This document shows, piece after piece, positions 52,201 through 63,425 of a stretch of 64,000 bases of DNA (positions are counted from its first letter, which is position 1; every line of letters starts with the position of its first letter). The stretch lies in contig NC_086118.1 in the NCBI RefSeq assembly GCF_963921235.1, forward strand, positions 25,794,001 through 25,858,000. Reading direction: 5' to 3'. Below the pieces are notes generated by a model, which saw only the letters and a list, made by a program, of their open reading frames with translations, did not search any database and was not told the origin of the DNA. The position numbers and the translations under genes were made by a program. Origin of the DNA: Mobula hypostoma. Taxonomy: Eukaryota.

Positions 52201-53789
52201 TTCATCACATTAAGATGGCCAAAGGAACAAAAATCATACAGATTTGTAGTATCTTCAAGGAGTTGCAATATAATTACATTTTAATTCAGCTTTTTAAGAC
52301 TTATACAACTTATACAAAAGAGGAAATATTTTTTATACCATATGACCTCCTGATCAGTGCCTGAACGATACTTACTTAAAAAGTCAAGGAACCAGTTCAA
52401 GAACCACATTCATCTAACGTGGACTGTTACTACTTTCTTGTTTCTACAGGTAATCCACAGATTTATTCTTGATAACCAATTATATTAAGCAGGTACACAA
52501 GATCTGCAAGTTCTTTAACTGCCAACATCTACTCTGTCATTCATTGTAAAACCATGTGTTACGTTAGCCCATTTCTAAGCTGTTGACACTTTCCCATTGT
52601 TCAACAACTCCTTTTAATAATCACAAAATCTTTATGAATTTCTTCTAAAGTACTGGGATAAACACTGGCCATTGTGTTAAAGATGAATCATACTGTAATC
52701 TCAATGATACCAAAATAAATCATTCTCCTTAACATTTTGTCCTTTATGAACAGCATACTATTTCTTCTCCCTTGGAAGAACACTCAGATATTGGCTGTCA
52801 AAAGTAATCCAAGACTTGCTAATTAAAATGGAACGTTAAAATTCACAGAAGAAATCTCCTGTTTTGAAAGGTTTACTCATAGTTATTTGCCTTTCTTGTG
52901 AAATTAAACATATTGGGGAGGGTCCATATTCCAAAAGATTATACAAAGTCCCTCCGAAGGATAATCTAACATTGCAGTGAGTCAGAATCTAAACTCAACA
53001 TTAAGAAGAAGCTATGAGAGAATGTACAATGAAAGAATTACAAACCTACAATGTAGCTTTCAAATAGTAAATAGAATAATTTTACATATTAAACTAAAAT
53101 GAAGGAAACTCTTATTTCCATGACATATAGGGAAGAGAATAAAAGATGATGGAAGAGGTTAAAAAATTGAAATGAGAAAATACAAAACTAAATATTGAAA
53201 GAATACTCTCTCGCAATGTATTTTCAAAAAGCATATTTTGAACATTCAATATTTAATTGTCTAATTTTGATATGTTAATTTTCTTAAAATAAGGTTCTAA
53301 GAAAATAAGGTTTTCTCAACATCAGCAAAAGAAGTAAATATATTCTGAATGATAACAGATGAAAGATGTTAAAATATTAATATCCAGCTGTAAGTGTCAA
53401 TTTGAATCAGGCATGTGGTGATGTAGTGCCATAATTAAATTGCTTCCCATGGGTAAGTCAAAAGGAAAGTTGACTGGCACCTGATGTGCTGGTATCAAAG
53501 CATCAAATCCTGGCAGCAGTTGTTCACCCAGTCAGTCATTAGATGCAAGGATCACATGGAGTGCAACAGATAAAACAAAGACAGAAGGATGGAAGTTTAG
53601 AGATAGGTGATAGAAAACACTTCTATCTGGAAATTTCAACAATATTTATTTTAAATTTGTAATTCCACACATTATGACATTGCATGATGTTTCTTTATTA
53701 CCCACAAAGCAACAGCAAAGGCTGTTGTGATTTAATGGATTAGATATTGTTAAATAATCAGCTTGGTCGGGTATTAATACTTAACCAAA

Positions 53790-54658
53790 GGGATTCAAAG
53801 TACGTTTATTATCAAATTATGTAGCAGTATACAACCCTGAGATCTGTCTTCTTCACAGACAGCCACGAAACAAAGAAAGCCATGGAACTCATTCAATAAA
53901 AAACATCAACCCTCCCCACACATGAAAGACAAACCACACAAATGGCAACAAAAAGATCAACCCCCCACCCCACGTGCAAATAACAAATCATGCAAACAGC
54001 AACAAGAAAGAATGAGCAAAAACGCAATATAAAACACAAAATCGAAAGAGTCCATGTTCATTTCAGCTCTGTGTTCATTATCTGCAGACTGCCCCAATTC
54101 AAAGTTGTTGAAAATAACAACAGAAAACGAAGCAACCAGAAACTACAATTAAATTCACAAATCACAGAGCCAGTACTACAGTACCATGCTCCAACAGTAT
54201 CAAGGGAGAGAAAAAGAGAGAAAGAGACCACTTGAATGCAGGGCCTTCCCGCGGGAGCCGCAAGTGAGGAGAGAGAGAGAGATACCATCACATGCAGACA
54301 CCTTCCTCTGGCAGCAGTGAGTGAGAAGCTGGTAGACATTGCTGAATACTCACTCAACTTCCGCACCCACCTCGATATTTTCAATCTTTATCGACGCTTT
54401 AATCAGTCAGATTGGCGAGAAATAGAGTCAATCATGGCCTTGAAGCCGCTCACCTCCAAGAATCTTCTCGGAGACAACAAACTGCCAGATCACTCAGTCA
54501 CCCGAAAACACACCACCAAACAGTAAATCACAGGCTCAATAGCAGAACCACAAATTTGAAAGAAAAAGAAGACATAAAAGAAGTGAAAGAAACAATTATG
54601 GTTCATCTGGAGGATGTCGCCCATGGTAACGTTGTTCGCAGGCATCATCTTCCTCCGG
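53790..54658 (-). mobile_element. Full-length non-autonomous retroelement (Rex1-like tail, GGAGGAAGATG head)
   Basis: Tail GATAATAAACGTACTTTGAATC; head GGAGGAAGATGATGCC; interior similar to 2790-3365. Confidence 0.65.
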
Positions 54659-55071
54659 ATCAGCTGAATAAATTTACCTAATCAAAGGAATTCGACAGAC
54701 TTTATGTTTTGAGAAAAAAAATGAGAAAAAGCTTTCTAAATATAATAAATTTAGCTGGGGTATATTACAATTCATGTTCCTGATAAAACAATATACATGA
54801 TCATAAATCCATGAAGGAGCACAACTGTGAAGAATAATAGAACATATTTTCCTCCTGTTATCGAAAATGAATCATTTTCCTTTATGTAATTAAAGTGACA
54901 ACCTGGCACATACCATTAAAAAAAATGAGGGCTTTACTGTTACTGTGACTTACCCATTTTTAAACATAACTGAAAATTGATTGTTAAACTATACTGAATG
55001 ATTTAATAGTCTCACTGGTGTCTTAGTAACTGAAGTATCTTTTCATAAGATAAAAATAATCTGCTTACTAG

Positions 55072-56560
55072 GAACACACACAAAATGCTGGAGGAACTCA
55101 GCAGGTCAGGCAGCCTCTACAGAAATGAATGAACAGCTGACATTTCGAGCCAAGACCCTTCTTCAAAACGGGAAAGGAAGCAGGAGATACCAACATTTAA
55201 AAGGTGGGGAAGGGGAAAGAGGATAGCTAGAAGCTGATAGGTGAAGCCAGGTGGGTAGGAAAAGTAAAAGGCTGGAGAGAAAGGCATCTGATAGGAGAGG
55301 AGAGTGACCATAGGAGAAAGGGAAGGAGGAGAGGCCCAAGGAAAATGTGATGAGCAGGTGAGAAGAGGTAAAAGGCCAGAGTGGGGATTAGAAGAAGAGA
55401 GGGTGAGGGAATTTAAAAATATGTATTTACTGGAAGGAGAAATCAATATCCATGCCATCATGTTGGAGGCTACCTGACCCAATATAAAGTGTTGCTCCTC
55501 CACCCTGTGGGTGGCCTCATCTTAGCACAAAAGGAGGCCATGAAATGAACTGACATGTCAGAACGGGAATGGAACTCGGAATTAAAATGCCTGGCCACTG
55601 GGAAGTTCCGCTTTTGGCAGGTGGAGCAGAGGTGAGCGACAAAGCAGTCCCCCAATTTATTACACATCTCACCAACGTAGAGGAGGCTGCATCGAGAGCA
55701 CTGGACACAATAGATGACCCTGGCAGATTCACACGTGAAGTGTTGCCTCACCTGGAGGGGCTGAATGGATGTGAATGGACAGGTGTAGCACTGTGGCCAC
55801 TTGCAGGGATAAGTGCCACAAAGGAGGTTAGTGGGGACAGACAAACAGACAAGGGAACCAGGGAGAAGGGGATCCCAGCAAAAAATGGAGTTGTGTTGGG
55901 GGGGGAGGGGGAGGTAAAGATATGTTTGATGGTAGGATCCCTTTGGAGATGGCAGAAGATGCGGACAATGATGCATTGGATGCGGACGCTCATGGGGTGG
56001 TGCTTAAGGACAAGAAGAACTCTATCACTGTTAAGGCAAAGGGAAGATGGGATGAATGTGGATATTTGAGAAATGGAGGAGATGCCTGTGTTTACAGCAT
56101 CAATAGTGGGGGAAGGGAAACCCTCTTCTTTGAAGAAAGAGAATATCTCTGATGTCCTGGAAAGGAAAACCACATCCATCTGAGATGCAGCAAAGATGAA
56201 AGAACTGAAAAAAGGAATAACATTTTTACAAGAGAGAAGGTGAGAAGAGGTATAGTCAAGATAACCATGGGAATCGACAGGTTTATAAAAGATATTGGTT
56301 GATAGTTTGTCTCTAGAGATGGAGTCAGAATGATTGAGAAAGGAGAGGAAGGAGTCAGAAATGGATGGAGTGAATATAAGGGCTGGGTGGAAGTTGGAGG
56401 CGAAATTGATGAAACTGACGAGCTCAGCATGGGTACATGAAGCAGCGCCAATGCAATCATCAACGTAGCGGAGGAAGATTTGGGGAGAATTATCAGGGAA
56501 GGCTTGGAACATGGACTGTTCCATGTAACCAATGAAAAGGCAGATAGCTTGGGCCCATGC
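55072..56560 (-). mobile_element. Penelope-like element, 5'-truncated
   Basis: FLRYVDDCIG, FYKPVDSHGYL, VIYCVQC..CSLLYVGE; related to 42918-45470. Confidence 0.9.
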
Positions 56561-56592
56561 CTGCTTTACTAGTGTTCGTTTATCCAGGAAAA

Positions 56593-57409
56593 CTGAGTGG
56601 GAGTGCCGAGAAAGAGATTTTTGAAATTTTCGTTATTTTTTTCTCCAACGGCTTTCTGAGAGGCGGGACTGCGCAGGCGTGTGACGTCGGGCAGTGCAGC
56701 GCGGCAGATTTAAAAGGGCAGACATCCTGCTTCGGATTTGATTCGAAGAAGGAGTCTGAGAGTCTGAGTGGGAGTGCCGAGAAAGAGATTTTTGAAATTT
56801 TCGTTATTTTTTTTTCTCCAACGGCTTTCTGAGAGGCGGGACTGCGCAGGCGTGTGACGTCGGGCAGTGCAGCGCGGCAGATTTAAAAGGGCAGACATCC
56901 TGCTTCGGATTTGATTCGAAGAAGGAGTCTGAGAGTCTGAGTGGGAGTGCCGAGAAAGAGATTTTTGAAATTTTCGTTATTTTTTTTTCTCCAACGGCTT
57001 TCTGAGAGGCGGGACTGCGCAGGCGTGTGACGTCGGGCAGTGCAGCGCGGCAGATTTAAAAGGGCAGACATCCTGCTTCGGATTTGATTCGAAGAAGGAG
57101 TCTGAGAGTCTGAGTGGGAGTGCCGAGAAAGAGATTTTTGAAATTTTCGTTATTTTTTTTTCTCCAACGGCTTTCTGAGAGGCGGGACTGCGCAGGCGTG
57201 TGACGTCGGGCAGTGCAGCGCGGCAGATTTAAAAGGGCAGACATCCTGCTTCGGATTTGATTCGAAGAAGGAGTCTGAGAGTCTGAGTGGGAGTGCCGAG
57301 AAAGAGATTTTTGAAATTTTCGTTATTTTTTTTTCTCCAACGGCTTTCTGAGAGGCGGGACTGCGCAGGCGTGTGATGTCGGGCAGTGCAGCGCGGCAGA
57401 TTTAAAAGG
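56593..57409 (+). repeat. ~4.7 tandem 173-bp monomers forming the CR1 5' UTR
   Basis: Units start at 56593, 56764, 56937, 57110 and 57283; nearly identical (a T-run length difference in unit 1, one C>T in unit 5). Confidence 0.97.
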
Positions 57410-57571
57410 AACAAAGCCTCATAGAGCGGGCAGCGTAGTTTGCGGGCGGCGGAGTGAGCCGGGAGCAGAGTGAAGACTTAAGGGCTTCGGCTCAACGGGC
57501 TTAGGCGGAAGCGGGCGAGGCGAGGAAGGTTTGACATTCATTTTCTGTTGCTATTTGAGGAGAGGGGCATT

Positions 57572-58507
57572 ATGACTGTGAGGGCAGTTTGCTGTTCTCG
57601 GTGTCGGATGTGGGAGGCCCTGGAGTCTCCAAGCCTCCCGGACGTCTACATCTGCGCCAAGTGCATCGAGATGCAGCTCCTAAGGGACCGCGTTACGGAA
57701 CTGGAGCTGCAGCTCGATGACCTTCGTCTGGTCAGGGAGAGCGAGGAGGTGATAGAGAGGAGTGGAAGGCAGGTGGTCACGCCGGGGCCACGGGAGGCAG
57801 ACAAGTGGGTCACGGTTAGGAGAGGGAAGGGGAAAAGGCAGGTGATGAGGAGTACCCCGGCGGCTGTGCCCCTTAACAACAGGTACTCCTGTTTGAGTAC
57901 TGTTGGGGGGGACAGCTTACCCGGGGGAAGCGACAGTGGCCCTGCCTCCGGCACAGAGTCTGGCCCTGTAGCTCAGAAGGGTAGGGCAAGGAAGAGGAGG
58001 GCAGTTGTGATAGGGGACTCGATAGTAAGGGGGTCAGATAGGCGATTCTGTGGACGCAGTCCAGAGACTCGGATGGTAGTTTGCCTCCCTGGTGCCAGGG
58101 TCCGGGATATTTCTGATCGTGTCCAAGATATCCTGAAGTGGGAGGGTGAAGAGCCAGAGGTCCTGGTACATATAGGTACCAATGACATAGGTAGGAAAAG
58201 GGATGAGGTCCTGAAAGAAGAATATAGGGAGCTAGGAAGGGAGTTGAGAAAAAGGACCGCAAAGGTAGTAATCTCGGGATTACTGCCTGTGCCACGCGAC
58301 AGTGAGAGTAGGAATGCGATGAGGTGGAGGATAAATGCGTGGCTGAGGGATTGGAGCAGGGGGCAGGGATTCAAGTTTTTGGATCATTGGGACCTCTTTT
58401 GGCGTAGGTGTGACCTGTACAAAAAGGACGGGTTACACTTAAATCCTAGGGGGACCAATATCCTGGCAGGGAGATTAGCGGGGGCTACTGAGGTGACTTT
58501 AAACTAG
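57572..58507 (+). CDS. CR1 ORF1p: zinc finger, leucine zipper and SGNH esterase
   Basis: First ATG at 57572; CSRC...CAKC; LRDRVTELELQLDDL heptads; GDSIV, HIGTND and DGLHL esterase blocks. Confidence 0.93.
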   Translation: MTVRAVCCSRCRMWEALESPSLPDVYICAKCIEMQLLRDRVTELELQLDDLRLVRESEEVIERSGRQVVTPGPREADKWVTVRRGKGKRQVMRSTPAAVPLNNRYSCLSTVGGDSLPGGSDSGPASGTESGPVAQKGRARKRRAVVIGDSIVRGSDRRFCGRSPETRMVVCLPGARVRDISDRVQDILKWEGEEPEVLVHIGTNDIGRKRDEVLKEEYRELGRELRKRTAKVVISGLLPVPRDSESRNAMRWRINAWLRDWSRGQGFKFLDHWDLFWRRCDLYKKDGLHLNPRGTNILAGRLAGATEVTLN

Positions 58508-61500
58508 AATGGTTGGGGGGTGGGAATCAAATTAAAGCGGCTAGGTGTGAGGAGGTTAGTTCACAACAGAGGGATGGGAACCAGTGCAGAGAGACAGAGG
58601 GGTGTAAAGTGAGCGTAGAAGCAAAAAGTACAAAGGGGAAAAGTAAAAGTGGCAGGCCGACAAATCCAGGGCAAGCATTAAAAAGGGCTAAGAGAGTTGT
58701 AAAAGAGCGCCTGAAGGCTTTATGTGTCAATGCAAGGAGCATTCGTAATAAGGTGGATGAATTGAAAGTGCAGATTGTTATTAATGATTATGATATAGTT
58801 GGGATCACAGAGACATGGCTCCAGGGTGACCAGGGATGGGAGCTCAACGTTCAGGGATATTCAATATTCAGGAGGGATAGACATGAAGGAAGGGGAGGTG
58901 GGGTGGCGTTGCTGGTTAAAAAAGAGATTAACGCAATAGAAAGGAAGGACATAAGCCGGGAAGATGTGGAATCGATATGGGTAGAGCTGCGTAACACTAA
59001 GGGGCAGAAGACGCTGCTGGGAGTTGTGTACAGGCCACCTAACAGTAGTAGTGAGGTCGGAGATGGTATTAAACAGGAAATTAGAAATGTGTGCAATAAA
59101 GGAACAGCAGTTATAATGGGTGACTTCAATCTACATGTAGACTGGGTGAACCAAATTGGTAAAGGTGCTGAGGAAGAGGATTTCTTGGAATGTATGCGGG
59201 ATGGTTTTTTGAACCAACATGTCGAGGAACCGACTAGAGAGCAGGCTATTCTGGACTGGGTTTTGAGCAATGAGGAAGGGTTAATTAGCGATCTTGTCGT
59301 GAGAGGCACCTTGGGTAAGAGTGACCATAATATGGTGGAATTCTTCATTAACATGGAGAGTGACGTAGTTAATTCAGAAACAAAGGTTCTGAACTTAAAG
59401 AGGGGTAACTTTGAAGGTATGAGACATGAATTAGCTAAGATAGACTGGCAAATGACACTTCAAGGATTGACGGTGGATATGCAATGGCAGGCATTTAAAG
59501 GTTGCATGGATGAACTACAACAATTGTTCATCCCAGTTTGGCAAAAGAATAAATCAAGGAAGGTAGTGCACCCGTGGCTGACAAGAGAAATTAGGGATAG
59601 TATCAATTCCAAAGAAGTAGCATACAAATTAGCCAGAGAAAGTGGCTCACCTGAGGACTGGGAGAAATTCAGAGTTCAGCAGAGGAGGACAAAGGGCTTA
59701 ATTAGGAAGGGGAAAAAAGATTATGAGAGAAAACTGGCAGAGAACATAAAAACGGACTGTAAAAGCTTTTATAGATATGTAAAAAGGAAAAGACTGATAA
59801 AGACAAATGTAGGTCCCCTGCAAACAGAAACAGGTGAATTGATTATGGGGAGCAAGGACATGGCAGACCAATTGAATAATTACTTTGGTTCTGTCTTCAC
59901 TAAGGAGGACATAAATAATCTTCCAGAAATAGTAAGGGACAGAGGGTCCAGTGAGATGGAGGAACTGAGCGAAATACATGTTAGTAGGGAAGTGGTGTTA
60001 GGTAAATTGAAGGGATTGAAGGCAGATAAATCCCCAGGGCCAGATGGTCTGCATCCCAGAGTGCTTAAGGAAGTGGCCCAAGAAATAGTGGATGCATTAG
60101 TGATAATTTTTCAAAACTCGTTAGATTCTGGACTAGTTCCTGAGGATTGGAGGGTGGCTAATGTAACCCCACTTTTTAAAAAAGGAGGGAGAGAGAAACC
60201 GGGGAATTATAGGCCGGTTAGCCTAACGTCGGTGGTGGGGAAACTGCTGGAGTCAGTTATCAAGGATGTGATAACAGCACATTTGGAAAGCGGTGAAATG
60301 ATCGGACAAAGTCAGCATGGATTTGTGGAAGGAAAATCAGGTCTGACGAATCTCATAGAATTTTTTGAGGATGTAACTAGTAGAGTGGATAGGGGAGAAC
60401 CAGTGGATGTGGTATATTTGGATTTTCAAAAGGCTTTTGACAAGGTCCCACACAGGAGATTAGTGTGCAAACTTAAAGCACATGGTATTGGGGGTAAGGT
60501 ATTGGTGTGGGTGGAGAATTGGTTAGCAGACAGGAAGCAAAGAGTGGGAATAAACGGGACCTTTTCAGAATGGCAGGCGGTGACTAGTGGGGTACCGCAA
60601 GGCTCAGTGCTGGGACCCCAGTTGTTTACAATATATATTAATGACTTGGATGAGGGAATTAAATGCAGCATCTCCAAGTTTGCGGATGACACGAAGCTGG
60701 GTGGCAGTGTTAGCAGTAAGGAGGATGCTAAGAGGATGCAGGGTGACTTGGATAGGTTGGGTGAGTGGGCAAACTCATGGCAGATGCAATTTAATGTGGA
60801 TAAATGTGAAGTTATCCACTTTGGTGGCAAAAATAGGAAAACAGATTATTATCTGAATGGTGGCCGATTAGGAAAAGGGGAGGTGCAACGAGACCTGGGT
60901 GTCATTATACACCAGTCATTGAAAGTGGGCATGCAGGTACAGCAGGCGGTGAAAAAGGCGAACGGTATGCTGGCATTTATAGCGAGAGGATTCGAGTACA
61001 GGAGCAGGGAGGTACTACTGCAGTTGTACAAGGCCTTGGTGAGACCACACCTGGAGTATTGTGTGCAGTTTTGGTCCCCTAATCTGAGGAAAGACATCCT
61101 TGCCATAGAGGGAGTACAAAGAAGGTTCACCAGATTGATTCCTGGGATGGCAGGTCTTTCATATGAAGAAAGACTGGATGAACTGGGCTTGTACTCGTTG
61201 GAATTTAGAAGATTGAGGGGGGATCTGATTGAAACGTATAAGATCCTAAAGGGATTGGACAGGCTAGATGCGGGAAGATTGTTCCCGATGTTGGGGAGGT
61301 CTAGAACGAGGGGTCACAGTTTGAGGATAGAGGGGAAGCCTTTTAGGACCGAGGTTAGGAAAAACTTCTTCACACAGAGAGTGGTGAATCTGTGGAATTC
61401 TCTGCCACAGCAAACTGTTGAGGCCAGTTCATTAGCTATGTTTAAAAGGAAGTTAGATATGGCCCTTGTGGCTACAGGGGTCACGGGGTATGGAGGGAAG

Positions 61501-61512
61501 GCTGGGTTCTGA
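58492..61512 (+). CDS. CR1 ORF2p: APE endonuclease plus reverse transcriptase (no AUG start; -1 frame relative to ORF1)
   Basis: NARSI, ITETW, YRPP, MGDFN, SDH (APE); DFQKAFD, GVPQGSVLGP, KFADD (RT). Frame open from 58492; first ATG at 59116. Confidence 0.93.
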   Translation, partial: GDFKLEWLGGGNQIKAARCEEVSSQQRDGNQCRETEGCKVSVEAKSTKGKSKSGRPTNPGQALKRAKRVVKERLKALCVNARSIRNKVDELKVQIVINDYDIVGITETWLQGDQGWELNVQGYSIFRRDRHEGRGGGVALLVKKEINAIERKDISREDVESIWVELRNTKGQKTLLGVVYRPPNSSSEVGDGIKQEIRNVCNKGTAVIMGDFNLHVDWVNQIGKGAEEEDFLECMRDGFLNQHVEEPTREQAILDWVLSNEEGLISDLVVRGTLGKSDHNMVEFFINMESDVVNSETKVLNLKRGNFEGMRHELAKIDWQMTLQGLTVDMQWQAFKGCMDELQQLFIPVWQKNKSRKVVHPWLTREIRDSINSKEVAYKLARESGSPEDWEKFRVQQRRTKGLIRKGKKDYERKLAENIKTDCKSFYRYVKRKRLIKTNVGPLQTETGELIMGSKDMADQLNNYFGSVFTKEDINNLPEIVRDRGSSEMEELSEIHVSREVVLGKLKGLKADKSPGPDGLHPRVLKEVAQEIVDALVIIFQNSLDSGLVPEDWRVANVTPLFKKGGREKPGNYRPVSLTSVVGKLLESVIKDVITAHLESGEMIGQSQHGFVEGKSGLTNLIEFFEDVTSRVDRGEPVDVVYLDFQKAFDKVPHRRLVCKLKAHGIGGKVLVWVENWLADRKQRVGINGTFSEWQAVTSGVPQGSVLGPQLFTIYINDLDEGIKCSISKFADDTKLGGSVSSKEDAKRMQGDLDRLGEWANSWQMQFNVDKCEVIHFGGKNRKTDYYLNGGRLGKGEVQRDLGVIIHQSLKVGMQVQQAVKKANGMLAFIARGFEYRSREVLLQLYKALVRPHLEYCVQFWSPNLRKDILAIEGVQRRFTRLIPGMAGLSYEERLDELGLYSLEFRRLRGDLIETYKILKGLDRLDAGRLFPMLGRSRTRGHSLRIEGKPFRTEVRKNFFTQRVVNLWNSLPQQTVEASSLAMFKRKLDMALVATGVTGYGGKAGF
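58498..58504 (+). promoter_or_regulatory. Candidate -1 programmed ribosomal frameshift slippery site U-UUA-AAC
   Basis: ORF1 codons ACT TTA AAC TAG give an X-XXY-YYZ heptamer in the correct phase; the -1 frame is ORF2. Confidence 0.65.
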
Positions 61513-61545
61513 GTTGGATGATCAGCCATGATCATAATAAATGGC

Positions 61546-61610
61546 GGTGCAGGCTCGAAGGGCCGAATGGCCTACTCCTGCACCTATTTTCTATGTTTCT
61601 ATGTTTCTAT
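61546..61610 (+). other. CR1 3' recognition stem-loop and octamer microsatellite tail
   Basis: GGTGCAGG (61546-61553) pairs with CCTGCACC (61577-61584), enclosing GGCCGAATGGCC; then TTTCTATG repeats. Confidence 0.85.
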
Positions 61611-63131
61611 GAAAACAGGTGCAACTTGTAAAGTATTTCTGAACAACAGCAAGCAGCAGAATCTCACTATTAAAATCTGTGTAACGGCCTGTTTAGTGAC
61701 AAGGAATTTTGTGATTTAAGTCTTCAACCATGGACAAAAAAAATTACTAAAACACGATCCCAAGTGGCGTGGCATCCATCTGTTTAAAACTCGTCTTTTT
61801 ATGCCACTTTTGTCAGTTTCTCCCGGTGTTTGGAGGTATCACAAGTGAAAACAAGCAGTAAAACCATACTCAGGGCAACATACACTAAATGTTGGAGGAA
61901 CTCAGCAAGTCTGGCAGCATCTAAGCAAATGGATCAACAGTTGACATTTCGGGCAGAGACCCTTCTTCAGACAATTGTGCTGAAAAGGACTCTGCCTCTT
62001 AGAAGAACAAATGTTCTCTTTCTCTGTATTCTGTGTTTTTCTGTCACAAACTAACTTATGATACAAGCATTGATCACATTACCATAGTCAACAAGTGCAA
62101 AAATATGTACAAGCTAATACTTTCAGCAGTTTGTTGAAATTTACTGAACGTTTTGGTAAGGGTTTTCACTGAGTTATAGAGAATGGGCAGAGGTCACCTA
62201 GTTCATCACTCTCAGGACAGCTGTCTGAGAGACAACTAATTACTTCATTCCTCTGCTCCTTCCCATAATCCTGAAAAAAAATCTTCTTCAATTATCATCT
62301 TGTTCCCTTTTAGAAGTTATTGAATCTGTTTCTAAATCACTTTCATATAGTGCTTTTCAGATATATAATTCGTGTAAAGTTTCTGTTATTATCCTCTCAC
62401 CTTTTGCGGCTTCTGGCATTTACTCCTCAATTGCCAGAAAGTGTCTTTTTTAAAATGTATCTTTGGTGATTCTGAACTCCTCTATTACGCCTCCACTGAA
62501 TCTTCTCTGCCCCAAGGAGAACGACTCTAGCTTCATCAATCTTGGTATCATTGTAGTAAACCTCTACAGCAACCCTGCCCGAACTTGATATTCTCCCTAA
62601 AGTTTGCTGCCCAAAATATCCAGTATTTTATGTTAATATATCTCCCTTGCTTCTGTATTCTAAACCTATAGTTTTGAAGCTAACAATTCTATATTTCTTT
62701 CAAACACACTTCTCAACTGGAAACAAGAGAGAATCTGCAGAAGCTGGAAATCCAAACAACACATAAAATGCTCGAGGAACTCAGCCAGGCAGCATCTATG
62801 GAAAAAAGTACAGTTGACATGTCGGGCTGAAATCCTTCGGCAGGGCTCAACTGGACCTGCCTTTTGATGAATGTACACCTATGTTACAGCATTGCTTTTA
62901 AAATTGTACTGTTTCCTTTACATAACTGTTCTCATTCTTCCTACTAAAAGAGTCACCTCACTTTTATACTTTTTATTTGCAATCTGTCTGCCCCTTTTAC
63001 CTATATATGTCCTTGCATTGGCACACCATGTATTATATTCCATGTATTATGCTATTTGCAAAGTTCTTCATACTGGACATTTCCAAGTATATAACATGGT
63101 GTCAAAATCCATGCTACAAGTACATCTTTTG

Positions 63132-63425
63132 TAGGCATCCATTAGTCTCACGAGACCATGGATTTGCGCCTTGGAAGGTTTTCCTGGGCAAGCTTGTATG
63201 GAAGACCGGCAGTTGCCCATGCTGCAAGTCTCCCCTATCCATGCCACCGATGTTGTCCAAGGGAAGGGCACTAGGGCCGATACAGCTTGGCATTGGTGTC
63301 GTCCCACAGCTACGTGTGGTTAAGTGCCTTGCTCAAGGACACAACACGCTGTCTCAGCTGAGGCTCGAACTACTGACCTTCAGATCACTAGACCGACGCC
63401 TTAACCACTTGGCCACGCACCAACA
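63132..63425 (-). mobile_element. tRNA-derived SINE, copy 2
   Basis: A box TGGCCAAGTGG and B box AGTTCGAGCC on the minus strand; matches 35760-36064. Confidence 0.85.

Larger units (their letters stand above)
56593..61610 (+). mobile_element. Full-length, apparently intact CR1 LINE, antisense to the host gene
   Basis: Monomeric 5' UTR, two uninterrupted ORFs, 3' hairpin, (TTTCTATG)n tail; flanked by GAAAAC at 56588-56593 and 61611-61616. Confidence 0.96.

Noticed and set aside
56557..57414. Repeated 62-aa minus-strand ORFs and a 91-aa plus-strand ORF
   Set aside because: Consequence of the 173-bp monomers; no recognisable domain.
58513..58515. TTG start assigned to ORF2 by the ORF track
   Set aside because: Bacterial-style start call. 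The frame is open from 58492, and non-AUG initiation is unsupported, though not excluded.
58509..58535. ATG just after the ORF1 stop as the ORF2 reinitiation codon
   Set aside because: It is in the +1 frame, not the ORF2 frame, and ends at TAA after 8 codons.
57646..61535. Antisense and alternative-frame ORFs within the CR1
   Set aside because: Shadows of the intact coding strand without motifs.
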